A DNA stretch of 64,000 nt from NCBI GenBank assembly GCA_963840855.1, contig CAWJBB010000079.1, positions 96,001 to 160,000 of the forward strand, in the 5' to 3' direction. Shown piece by piece: positions 55,109 to 63,652 of this stretch. Position numbers and translations under genes: made by a program. Source of the DNA: an uncultured delta proteobacterium. GTDB lineage: Bacteria; Desulfobacterota; Binatia; UBA9968. The notes beneath the pieces were generated by a model. It had not been told where the DNA came from and ran no database searches. It saw only the letters and a program-made list of their open reading frames with translations. How positions within the stretch are numbered: position 1 is the first letter of the stretch; each line of letters starts with the position of its first letter.

Positions 55109-55408
55109 ATTTATTATTCACCGCGACGGACACGACGAGCACGAAGGGTTCGCAATACGGGACGGTCGCGACCGTCCCCTACTTTGTGACCTTTGTACTA
55201 CTATGTTTAAGAGTTTTCGCGGCTCGCGCAAATTCTTTGTTGCCCTTATCCTAAATTGTGGAATTCAGAAGACAATACGGTATCACCACGAAGGCACGAA
55301 GGACACGAAGGGTTCGGATATTTATACTCTTAAACTTCGTGAACTTCGTGCCTTCGTGGTGAGTCCCCTCTTCTTGTGCCTTTTGTGGTTGAATCTCTTG
55401 TTCTCTTT

Positions 55409-56431
55409 CTATGGGACCGCGACTTTTGCCAATAATTCCTCAACGATTTCGTCCGGCGAGATGTTTTCCGCCTCCGCGCGCACGGTGCGGATCAAGCGGT
55501 GGCGCAGGGCGTCCGGAGCAATGCGCTTGACATCGGCGGGAAGAACGAAATCCCGGCCCGCGAAGAAGGCGGTGGTGCGCGCCAGCGCGAGAAGATGCTG
55601 CGCCGCCCGCGGCGACGCGCCATGAAGAACCATTTCACTGATCACGGGCAGGCTCACCGCCATCCCGTTGCGCGTGGCGCGGACGATGCGGATGACATAC
55701 TCTCTGATGGCATCGCTGACGAAGGTTTCCCCGCCGATGCGCTTGCGCAAGCGGATCACGTCGGCGGGCGCCATGACGGCCCTTACGGTCAATTGGCTCA
55801 AGTTGCGCGCGAGCATCGCGGCCTCGTCCGCATGGGTCGGATAGTCGACCTTCACTTTCAAGGAAAATCGGTCCACTTGAGCTTCGGGGAGAGCGTAGAC
55901 GCCTTCTTGTTCAATGGGATTTTGCGTCGCCAAGACCCAAAAGGGTTCATCCAGAGGATAGGTCGTCTCGCCGATGGTGACTTGCCGTTCCTGCATCGCT
56001 TCCAAAAGCGCGCTCTGGGTTTTCTGCGTGGCGCGATTGATCTCGTCGGCCAAAATCAAGTTGGCGAAGATCGGTCCCTTTTCGGTGCGGAACGTGCCCA
56101 GGGCAATATCAAAAATTCGCGTGCCGATGATGTCGGCGGGGAGCAGGTCCGGCGTGAACTGAATGCGTTGAAACCTGGCGCTGATCGTGTTGGCAAGGGT
56201 CATTACCGTCAGGGTCTTGGCCAGCCCGGGTACTCCCTCCAGCAGCACATGGCCGTAGCCCGATTTCTCCTCCTCGTCGCGCTTGAATGAATAAGGGATC
56301 TCCGAGAACAAACCGATCAGCAGGCGTTGAATCAGCCATTCCTGGCCCACGATCACCTTGTTGATCTCTTGCGCCACCGCCTGGATGGCTTCGAAGGCCT
56401 GCTCTTGGCCTATGTTTTCGCGCGTGTCCAC
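55409..56431 (-). CDS. moxR: MoxR family AAA+ ATPase
   Basis: Walker A GVPGLAKT, Walker B LADE, ATQNPIEQEG, DRF. Confidence 0.93.
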   Translation of the reverse strand: MDTRENIGQEQAFEAIQAVAQEINKVIVGQEWLIQRLLIGLFSEIPYSFKRDEEEKSGYGHVLLEGVPGLAKTLTVMTLANTISARFQRIQFTPDLLPADIIGTRIFDIALGTFRTEKGPIFANLILADEINRATQKTQSALLEAMQERQVTIGETTYPLDEPFWVLATQNPIEQEGVYALPEAQVDRFSLKVKVDYPTHADEAAMLARNLSQLTVRAVMAPADVIRLRKRIGGETFVSDAIREYVIRIVRATRNGMAVSLPVISEMVLHGASPRAAQHLLALARTTAFFAGRDFVLPADVKRIAPDALRHRLIRTVRAEAENISPDEIVEELLAKVAVP

Positions 56432-56436
56432 GGCTA

Positions 56437-57444
56437 CTAACCCGAAATTAACAGCGTCAAAAAAAAGATGCCGGCCGCGGCCAGCAAAAAGCCATGATAA
56501 AAATCCTGGTATTCGATGACTTTTCTGAAGCCGGTGATATCGCGCTCTTTGAGAACGATTTCAGAAAAAGTCTTATCCAGCTCGAAACCGCTGAGAGAGC
56601 GGTAAAACTTCCCTCCAGTCTTGTCCGCGATCCAGTGCAGGGTGCGCTCATCGAAACGAGTGATGATCCTTTTACCCTGGTCGTCCTCGAGGTAAACAGG
56701 CCGGCCGCTCTCGTACGCGATCGGTATCGGCGCGCCTTCCACGGAGCCTACGCCGACGGTATGGACCTTGACTCCTTGTTCTTTCACCGCGTCAACCGCC
56801 CCATCGAGCTCCGCGCTGTTGTCCTCGCCGTCGGAAAGCAGGATAAAGACCTTCTTGTTGCGCGCCGCTGCAGGGTACACTTCGGCTTCTTTGCGAATCA
56901 CGGTAATACCATTTCTGAGCCCGCGCCCGATATTGGTTCCATGGCTCACGCTGGTGTCTTCTTTCAGATAGTCGAGATAATAGAGAATATTGTTGGCGTC
57001 TTCAGTCAGGTAGGAGATGATCACGCTGCCGCCGGCAAACGACACCAGCCCGACGCGGTCGTGCGCAAGCTTGGCGCGTGAAAAAGCGCCGATCACCTCC
57101 AACGCGCGCGCTAGCCGCGACGGTTGAATATCAGTGGCCCTCATGGAAGGAGATGTATCGAGCAAAAAGACCACGTCCAACACCCCCGGCTGGGGCACTT
57201 TTTGTTCTTGGACCAGTTGCGGATGGGCGAGGGCGAGAATGAGGGCCGCCATCACTAGATTCAAAAGCAAGAATCTAATAACGTCCTTGCGCAACGAAGA
57301 AAAACGAGAGATCCGTTTGAGCGCCAGCCCAACGCCCAGAGTCCGCCGGCTTTGGTGCTTGCCGTGGAGAAAATAGAGCCAACAGGGCAGCAAGGCGGCG
57401 AGCAAGAAGAACAGATTGAGATAGCCGGGATGTAAAAACTTCAT
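56437..57444 (-). CDS. vWA domain protein (BatB/MxaL-like)
   Basis: MKFLHP..TM, MIDAS DTSPSM..DIQPSRL, GTNIG, LSDGED, GVGS.EGAPIP. ATG at 57444. Confidence 0.88.
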   Translation of the reverse strand: MKFLHPGYLNLFFLLAALLPCWLYFLHGKHQSRRTLGVGLALKRISRFSSLRKDVIRFLLLNLVMAALILALAHPQLVQEQKVPQPGVLDVVFLLDTSPSMRATDIQPSRLARALEVIGAFSRAKLAHDRVGLVSFAGGSVIISYLTEDANNILYYLDYLKEDTSVSHGTNIGRGLRNGITVIRKEAEVYPAAARNKKVFILLSDGEDNSAELDGAVDAVKEQGVKVHTVGVGSVEGAPIPIAYESGRPVYLEDDQGKRIITRFDERTLHWIADKTGGKFYRSLSGFELDKTFSEIVLKERDITGFRKVIEYQDFYHGFLLAAAGIFFLTLLISG

Positions 57445-57449
57445 CGGAG

Positions 57450-57543
57450 GCTTCGTGCCCTTCGCGTCCTTCGTGGGGCGTACTTCCCTCGCAACGAGTT
57501 CCTGTGGCAAGTTTTTACCACGAAGATCACGCAGGACTCGAAG
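57450..57543. repeat. CTTCGTG/CACGAAG-family arms in divergent arrangement
   Basis: cttcgtgcccttcgcgtccttcgtgg ... ttaccacgaagatcacgcaggactcgaag. Confidence 0.7.
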
Positions 57544-57595
57544 ATTAAATTAGCAAACATATCTCTTCACTGCCTTTTCCGCCGCCAAAACTCGT

Positions 57596-58213
57596 TCAGC
57601 CGCGCTTCTCAGGCGCCATTTGCTGCTGCGAGGGATCCTGGGGGCGCATCTTGTCCATGATCGATTTTACTTTTTGCTCCTGCGCCTTGCGGTCACGGTC
57701 CGGTTTCGCCAGGATGTTGCGGACCAGTTCATAATTGAACTTCAGGTCCCAGTCGTCCGGTTGCTGCGCAAGACCTCTTTGGTATTCTGACATAGCGGCC
57801 TTGAGTGCGTTGGTGGCGGTTTCCGCGTCTGGGCTTTCGATTGCCTGTCGAAACAGGACGTTTCCCATCCAAAAACTATAATCGGCGCTTTCGACCACCG
57901 CCGGCGCATCAACGGGCAGCTGCTCAAGCTTGGCCAGGGCGTCGCCGATCTTGCGCTGGCTATAGAGTAGGGCGACCTGGTTCAAGCTTGCTTGCTTGTG
58001 CTCCGCCGCAAGAATCTGAGTTTGCGAGGGAAGCATGTTCAACGGGCGCTCGACACGGGCATAGGTTTCCATAGCGCCAGCCATATCGCCCTGGAAAACG
58101 GCCGTCTGGGCGCGATCCAATTCGAACATCACCCAGCCATACGCGATCAACAGCGCAGAGATCACGAAAACGAGAACATATCCCGCCAATTTTGCGGCAT
58201 TCATTCTAGCCAT
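57596..58213 (-). CDS. Membrane-anchored TPR-like protein (MxaK/BatC-like)
   Basis: N-terminal TM; FWMGN.LF...EYQRGL..QPDDWDLKFNYEL. Confidence 0.75.
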   Translation of the reverse strand: MARMNAAKLAGYVLVFVISALLIAYGWVMFELDRAQTAVFQGDMAGAMETYARVERPLNMLPSQTQILAAEHKQASLNQVALLYSQRKIGDALAKLEQLPVDAPAVVESADYSFWMGNVLFRQAIESPDAETATNALKAAMSEYQRGLAQQPDDWDLKFNYELVRNILAKPDRDRKAQEQKVKSIMDKMRPQDPSQQQMAPEKRG

Positions 58214-58250
58214 CCAATCATCGGTTCATCTTGACGTCAAATACCTTCGT

Positions 58251-58400
58251 GAATCCTAAACCCAAAGCCGAAACAATCCAACAACCCAGAATAGGATTTG
58301 GTGCGAAAAATCCAATTTCCAAAAAAGGTTTATTGTAGTTTAGGGTATTCTAGTTGGTTTTTGAATTTGTTTCGAGCTTCGGATTTGGTGCTTCGAATTT
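58251..58400. repeat. Degenerate heptamer-periodic inverted element
   Basis: aatcctaaacccaaagccgaaacaa ... tttgaatttgtttcgagcttcggatttggtgcttcgaattt. Confidence 0.55.
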
Positions 58401-58477
58401 GCTCGCTGAGATTCGGGCGCGCTCAGCACATCTTCCGTAGCGCTATTTTATCCTAAAACTATTTACTTGCCGTGACC

Positions 58478-58951
58478 TCAGCGGCTCTCCGTGGAAAATT
58501 TACGCTGCAACCAACCGGAAAACCCATCTTCTAGCACGCTGACATTGCGATACCCCTTGCCGCGCAATGCCAGGTAGGAATAGGATTCGTCAACGCCTCC
58601 CGGTGGGCAGGAGCAATAGAGAATCACCCGGCCGGACTTGGGGATTTCCTGATAGCGCATCTGCAATTCAGCCACTGGAATCGAACGAGCTCCCGGGAGA
58701 CGCGATTTTTGAAAATCGCTGGTCGGACGAAGATCGACAAAGAAAATTTTTTCCCCTGCTTCGAGCATCCTCTTTACCCGCTCCGACGGAATCGTTTCAA
58801 TGTATTCCTCGTCGTGTCCGCCGTTAGCGAGGGCGGGAATAAGAAACAAAAGAAATACTATTGACAGATCCGCCAACTCTACAACCACGCGCCGCATCGG
58901 GCTGCGTTGTAATACGCGATCGCCTGCCGCTTTGTGCCCGCCGGCGCTCAT
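58478..58951 (-). CDS. Exported single-domain rhodanese (YCSCP)
   Basis: VDLRP..F..SRLPGARSIP, VILYCSCP, LEDGFSGW; hydrophobic signal ..FLIPALA; ATGA overlap with the amidohydrolase. Confidence 0.85.
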   Translation of the reverse strand: MSAGGHKAAGDRVLQRSPMRRVVVELADLSIVFLLFLIPALANGGHDEEYIETIPSERVKRMLEAGEKIFFVDLRPTSDFQKSRLPGARSIPVAELQMRYQEIPKSGRVILYCSCPPGGVDESYSYLALRGKGYRNVSVLEDGFSGWLQRKFSTESR

Positions 58952-60674
58952 GGTTTTAAGGCGTCGTAAATCAGCTTGCCGCCCACGAGGGTCATGACGC
59001 TCTGAATTTTTGCGATTTCATCGTCCGGCACGTTTAGATAGTCTTTGTCGAGCACAACCATGTCGGCCCATTTGCCCGCTTCAAGTGATCCCAGAAGTTG
59101 ATCGCGCAGGACATATTGCGAGGCCCAGCGCGTCGCCATCAGAAGCGCGGTGCGCCGATCTATGGCGTGGCGGGCGCCCCACACCTTGTCGTTCTCGTCT
59201 TTGCGCGTAACCAGAGTGCCGAGCCCGAAAAAGGGCTTGATTCCCAGGTCCGCGTCATCTTGCTCCCAGGTCACCCGGCCGCCGGCATCGAGAATCCCTT
59301 GGATGGGCAAGACCCAACGGTGCGCGGCCTCCTCGCCATAGTCCCGCATCACGCGGTCGGCGCGCAGCAAGTACTTAGGCGCGCAGCTCCACATGATGTT
59401 GAGTTTCTTGGCGCGTTCGATCTGGTCGGGACGCGGGTTCATCGTGCAATGGTCGATAACATGGTTTTTCGCGCGAATTTGCTCCAGGGAAATCCCTGCT
59501 TCCGCGCTTGCCTTTTCAATGATGTCCAGCAACACATCGGTAGCCTTGTCACCCGCGCTATGCGTGCCGGCAATGCGAACGCCTGCCTTGACTGCGGCGT
59601 AGGCGGCGCGCCCGCGCACGTTGTCGATGGTCAGCCGGCAATCTTCCCGCGCTTTAACCTTGGCATCCGGCGATAGAGTCGTGCAAACCCCGGGATAGGA
59701 TGAATCCGTCGAGCCGGAAGAAATGCCGATGAGCCAGAATCGCTCCGTGCCATGACCGATGAGATTGCCGAACCGGTTCACAAAGCTTTCCGAGTAGATA
59801 TTATCGCGATAGCCCGCTTCATTCGTGTAGGCAAGGCGGATCGGCATCATCCCTTTCTGGTCCATGTAATTGAAGGCGGATATCGCTTCCGATCCCAGAG
59901 ACGAAGACCAGGTCGTGATCCCGGCGGCGCCCCACATCTCCAGCTCTTTGAGATAGACCGGTGCGAGATCTTCAGGCTTGGGCTTGGGAATAATTTCCTC
60001 GTAAAAGATCAGGCTCACGCCGGCGCCGATCCGACCCGTGAACTCTCCTTGATTATTTTTTGCCAGATCAAGAACCTTGGGATCGTAGCGCTTGAACAAG
60101 TATTCCAGCGCCCTGCTATTGGCCATAGCCTTGGTATCGGTGACATGCACCATCAAAGGATGACTCGGCGCCACTTTATCCAAATCGACCCTGGTCCGGT
60201 TGATAACGAAACTATCGGCAACATTGCGCGGACGAATGCGTGTGATAACCCACTCTCCGGGCTTTTTCGTTTTGACGGCCTCAGCGAGGCGCTCCAGCAT
60301 TTCCTCTTCCGTGCGCCCTTCGATCTTGATCTCGAGCAGACTGGGATTCATCTGGGGCGCATGCCGGTCGAGGGCATATTCATGAAGGTGCGAATGAGTG
60401 TCGATCAAGCCGGGGATCACAGTTCTGCCTTGAAGGTTGATCCTGCGGGTGCGGGACCAGCCAGCGGGAGAACATCGGCGTCGCGTCCCACCCGCAGAAT
60501 TTTTCCATCGCGCACGGCGATAGCCTCCGCGATGCTGAATTGTTCGTCTACCGTGATGATCTTGCCGTTATGCAGCACCGTTTCGGCGTAGCGGACGACC
60601 TCCGCGGGTAGCGATTGAGCCTGCGCCGGCGTCGCCAGCGCGAGCGAACTCAAAATTAAGAGAATCCATTTCAT
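58948..60674 (-). CDS. Exported amidohydrolase (Amidohydro_3/YtcJ-like) with one apparent -1 frameshift near 60452
   Basis: Signal peptide AQA-Q; NGKIITVD..AEAIAVRDGKI, then in the next frame TRRINLQGRTVIPGLIDTHSH; H ligands THSAGD and DHC; GSLEAGKWADMVVLD. Confidence 0.85.
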
Positions 60675-60866
60675 AAAACGGTTTCTCCTCCCGAAAATTT
60701 TGTGCGTGATTGCCGTATACTATTCCCGGTTAGTCTTCGTCAACTGATCGAGCGCGGGTTATCGAACAGAACTATAAAGCAGCATCAGCCCAAAGCTGAT
60801 CAACCTGAGCTTGGTCCTGCGTCGTATTCCCGCCAAGCGCTCGGCTGGAACCGCTGACGTCGGTCT

Positions 60867-62924
60867 TCAGTGCACGTGATCATCCGGCGCCGGCGCCGAA
60901 GGTTTCTCCTGGCTGAGCCGGTCAATCTCGCGCATAAGATATTCCATTTTGTCCCAACCGGGGCCGTCTCGAGGAATCCAACGCGCCCGCACATAGCCCT
61001 GGCGATCGATCATGAACTCCATATGCGGTGGTACGGGCGGATCCGGGAGCGTGCCCTGCTCGGAAAAACTTCGGCGCAACAGGGCATAGGTATCAAAAGC
61101 TTCCCGGCTGCCGTCGGTAACCAGGGACACGAACTTGAACGTCGTGTTCAGCTGTAGGACTTCCTTTATCTCTTTGGGGATTGCCAGGACCTTCACGTTT
61201 TTACTCTGAAGCTGCCGGGACGCTCCTTCGAGCTCAGCCAAACGAGGGCGAGATTCCGGCAAAGAGAAAAGCACGAGCATGACGATCTCATTGCCGCGGT
61301 GATCCTTGAGAGAGCGGTTTTCACCGTTCAGCGTTCGATAGACGAAGTCCGGCGCCACGAGCCAGGGGTCGGGCTCCACCAGCGCGCTCATCTGCCTCGC
61401 CCGCTCAGCGGCGGATAAAGCGCGCAGAAAATTAATCATGTCCCAGCGCTCTTCTTCATCGAGGCTCTGCGCAAATCCAGGCATTGGACCAGGGGCGTTA
61501 TCGACCTTCATGCCATGACTCAGCCACCAAAACAGGTCCCCCGCTGTGTGATCCGCCGAATGTTTTGCCGTCAAGTCCGCCGGCTTCGGTTTCAACCCTT
61601 TACCGTTTGCGCCGTCGCCGTAACCGCCGACGCCATGGCAACCGGCGCACGTCTCATGATAAATGCGCGAGCCATTGGACACGGAGATGGTATTGTAAGG
61701 AACCGAGGGCCGGAGATAGGTCGCCGGGTAGGCGTCGATGGACAATGCGTTGTGGGCGATCCAGCCGCCATAACCGAGACTCGCCACTCCCGCGCCGAGC
61801 ACCAGGTAACGATAACGGCGCCGCAAGATAAGACAACCAATTATGCCGGCGAGTCCGGCGCCAGCCCACCATTGCCCCTGCGTAAACTGGGCGCGTATTT
61901 TCGCGCTGCTGCTGTTAAGGACATTCCAGTTCCAGCGAAACGCAAAGGGCCACTCGGGCTGGATGTGGCGCGCCGGCGGCGTGATGCTCATCAAACCGAC
62001 AATCAACAGAATACCCGCTCCTATGCCCGCTTCGGTTTTTACGTTCCGCTTTAGGCGCCGCAGAAGTACTGCCAGTCGCGCCAACGAACTTTGATCTTCG
62101 AGCGCTAGGATGCGGGGCTTAAGTTTGCGCAGATTGATCGCCGCAACTGCGAGCAGCGGCACAAGCAAAGCAAGTTTAACGAGAAGCAGTTTGCCGTAAG
62201 CCGTGCCCATGAGCGGCGGCACGGCGCCGACGAGAGTCCAGGCATTGAACATTCCCGTGACCAGGACAACTGTGACACAAACCAAACCGAGCAGAGAAAA
62301 GCGGCGCGTAGCTGCCTTAAAGGTAGCACTAGCCCAGGGATGATCAAGGCGGAGAAGCCAGGCAAGAAAAATGGCGAAAGCCGGCAATCCGCCAAGCCAA
62401 GCGCTGGCAGCCAAAAGATGCAAAGCATAGGCGGCAAGCTGCGCGACGAGCCAGATCCCTTCGCCGGCGGCGGCGTGGCTCGAGAAGGCCAGAGCCATAA
62501 CGAGAACCGCGGCGAAGATCAGAGGAAGAGCGGGCAAATCATTCGAGCGCGTTCGGCGTGCAGCGAAAATCAATCCGGCCAGAACGACGATAAGACCGAC
62601 GCGAACGAGCCAGACGATGCCATATCGAGTTCCGAGCAAAACTCCGCCGATGTTTTCCGCCCGCAATGCTTGGGTAAGCGGCACGCTGGTCACAGTGGCA
62701 ATCTGCAACCAGAAACCGAGCAGACCCGTTAGAAAAACCGCGAGCAACGTCCATTGGGTGAGCGTGAGCTGGCGGCGCGTGAAGGCCGCAAATTCCGCGC
62801 TCGTCCCGGCGCCGGCAACTCGCAGAGCTGGGCGCGCGACAATGAGGTGGAATGCCAACGATCCAAGCAGGAAAGCTGCTGACGCGAGATGCGCAAACTT
62901 AATGAACGCGGAGACAGTGGTCAC
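60867..62924 (-). CDS. CopD-like membrane domain + cytochrome c + thioredoxin-fold fusion protein
   Basis: CopD motifs SSHAAA, LHLLAASAWLGGL, RRFS, YGKLLLVK; heme motif CAGCHG...MPGF; C-terminal APDF..L.G...SL.D.RG..FMIDRQGYVR. Confidence 0.85.
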   Translation of the reverse strand: MTTVSAFIKFAHLASAAFLLGSLAFHLIVARPALRVAGAGTSAEFAAFTRRQLTLTQWTLLAVFLTGLLGFWLQIATVTSVPLTQALRAENIGGVLLGTRYGIVWLVRVGLIVVLAGLIFAARRTRSNDLPALPLIFAAVLVMALAFSSHAAAGEGIWLVAQLAAYALHLLAASAWLGGLPAFAIFLAWLLRLDHPWASATFKAATRRFSLLGLVCVTVVLVTGMFNAWTLVGAVPPLMGTAYGKLLLVKLALLVPLLAVAAINLRKLKPRILALEDQSSLARLAVLLRRLKRNVKTEAGIGAGILLIVGLMSITPPARHIQPEWPFAFRWNWNVLNSSSAKIRAQFTQGQWWAGAGLAGIIGCLILRRRYRYLVLGAGVASLGYGGWIAHNALSIDAYPATYLRPSVPYNTISVSNGSRIYHETCAGCHGVGGYGDGANGKGLKPKPADLTAKHSADHTAGDLFWWLSHGMKVDNAPGPMPGFAQSLDEEERWDMINFLRALSAAERARQMSALVEPDPWLVAPDFVYRTLNGENRSLKDHRGNEIVMLVLFSLPESRPRLAELEGASRQLQSKNVKVLAIPKEIKEVLQLNTTFKFVSLVTDGSREAFDTYALLRRSFSEQGTLPDPPVPPHMEFMIDRQGYVRARWIPRDGPGWDKMEYLMREIDRLSQEKPSAPAPDDHVH

Positions 62925-62939
62925 GGGATTGGGACAAAT

Positions 62940-62970
62940 GCAAGGGGCGGGTTTGAAACCCGCCCTTACA
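62940..62970. repeat. REP-like hairpin
   Basis: AAGGGGCGGGTTTGAAACCCGCCCTT between the rhodanese and CopD genes. Confidence 0.75.
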
Positions 62971-62978
62971 GCTTCGCG

Positions 62979-63431
62979 TCAGTTGGTCTTGGCGCCGGTC
63001 TCCACAGGAAATTTGCGTTGCAACCAGCCTTTGAATCCTTCCGGCATGATGGCGATGTTGCGGTAGCCATGATCGTCTTTGAGCACCTGATAGGCGTCTT
63101 GAATGAGCAGGTTTTGAGGGCAGTCGCAGTACAGAATCACCCGCCCCGCCTTGGGAATTTGCCGCAGGTTTTTCTCCAAGTCGCTTATGGGGATCGAGCG
63201 CGCGCCGGGCAAGCGCCGCGCTTTGAACTCGGGGGCCGGGCGGAGGTCGATTAACACGAGAGTTTCCTTGTTGTCGAGGAAATACTTCACCCGTTCCGGC
63301 GTGACGATATCGACGATATCTTCGGCATCGTGGGCCGCGTCAATGATCCCGGGGGAAAATGCTAAAAACAAAAATAGTGCCGGAACGGTCGCCCAACAGC
63401 GTGTAGCCTGGTCACGAATTCGCTGAATCAT
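62979..63431 (-). CDS. Exported single-domain rhodanese (YCDCP)
   Basis: IDLRP..F..RRLPGARSIP, VILYCDCP, PEGFKGW; signal-like segment; paralog of 58478. Start could be 63431, 63440 or 63452. Confidence 0.85.
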   Translation of the reverse strand: MIQRIRDQATRCWATVPALFLFLAFSPGIIDAAHDAEDIVDIVTPERVKYFLDNKETLVLIDLRPAPEFKARRLPGARSIPISDLEKNLRQIPKAGRVILYCDCPQNLLIQDAYQVLKDDHGYRNIAIMPEGFKGWLQRKFPVETGAKTN

Positions 63432-63457
63432 GTTTCGCATCCTCTTTTCCATAGTTC

Positions 63458-63622
63458 GTAGCCTGGATGGAGTGAAACGTAATCCAGGAAGTCTTTCCCT
63501 ACAGTTCTGGATCTCATACGCAAGACTCACCAATCGAACCGTAGGAGGTCGCGACCGTCCCCTACCTGCAAGCACGACCTTCGCAAGTCGATCGAGCGCA
63601 CTCTTCGACGATGCTCAGGGCG
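63458..63622. repeat. Cluster of three REP-like palindromes
   Basis: GTAGCCTGGATGGAGTGAAACGTAATCCAGG (family of 14362); GTAGGAGGTCGCGACCGTCCCCTAC (family of 48666); CTTCGACGATGCTCAGGGCG. Confidence 0.75.
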
Positions 63623-63652
63623 ATCGGCATATCAGTCTTCTTCACCAGCCTG

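Larger units (their letters stand above)
44094..57040. repeat. ~6.5 kb direct tandem duplication (44094-50546 and 50586-57040); its first ~1.5 kb is also present at 42622-44093
   Basis: The ORF set repeats at an offset of 6493-6494 nt with scattered SNPs; abrupt junctions at 44094 and 50546/50547. Confidence 0.97.

Noticed and set aside
52116-58213. Naming these genes mxaRSACKL (methylotrophy)
   Set aside because: No mxaF/xoxF, mxaJ, mxaG or mxaI is in the window, and the vWA proteins look at least as BatA/BatB-like.
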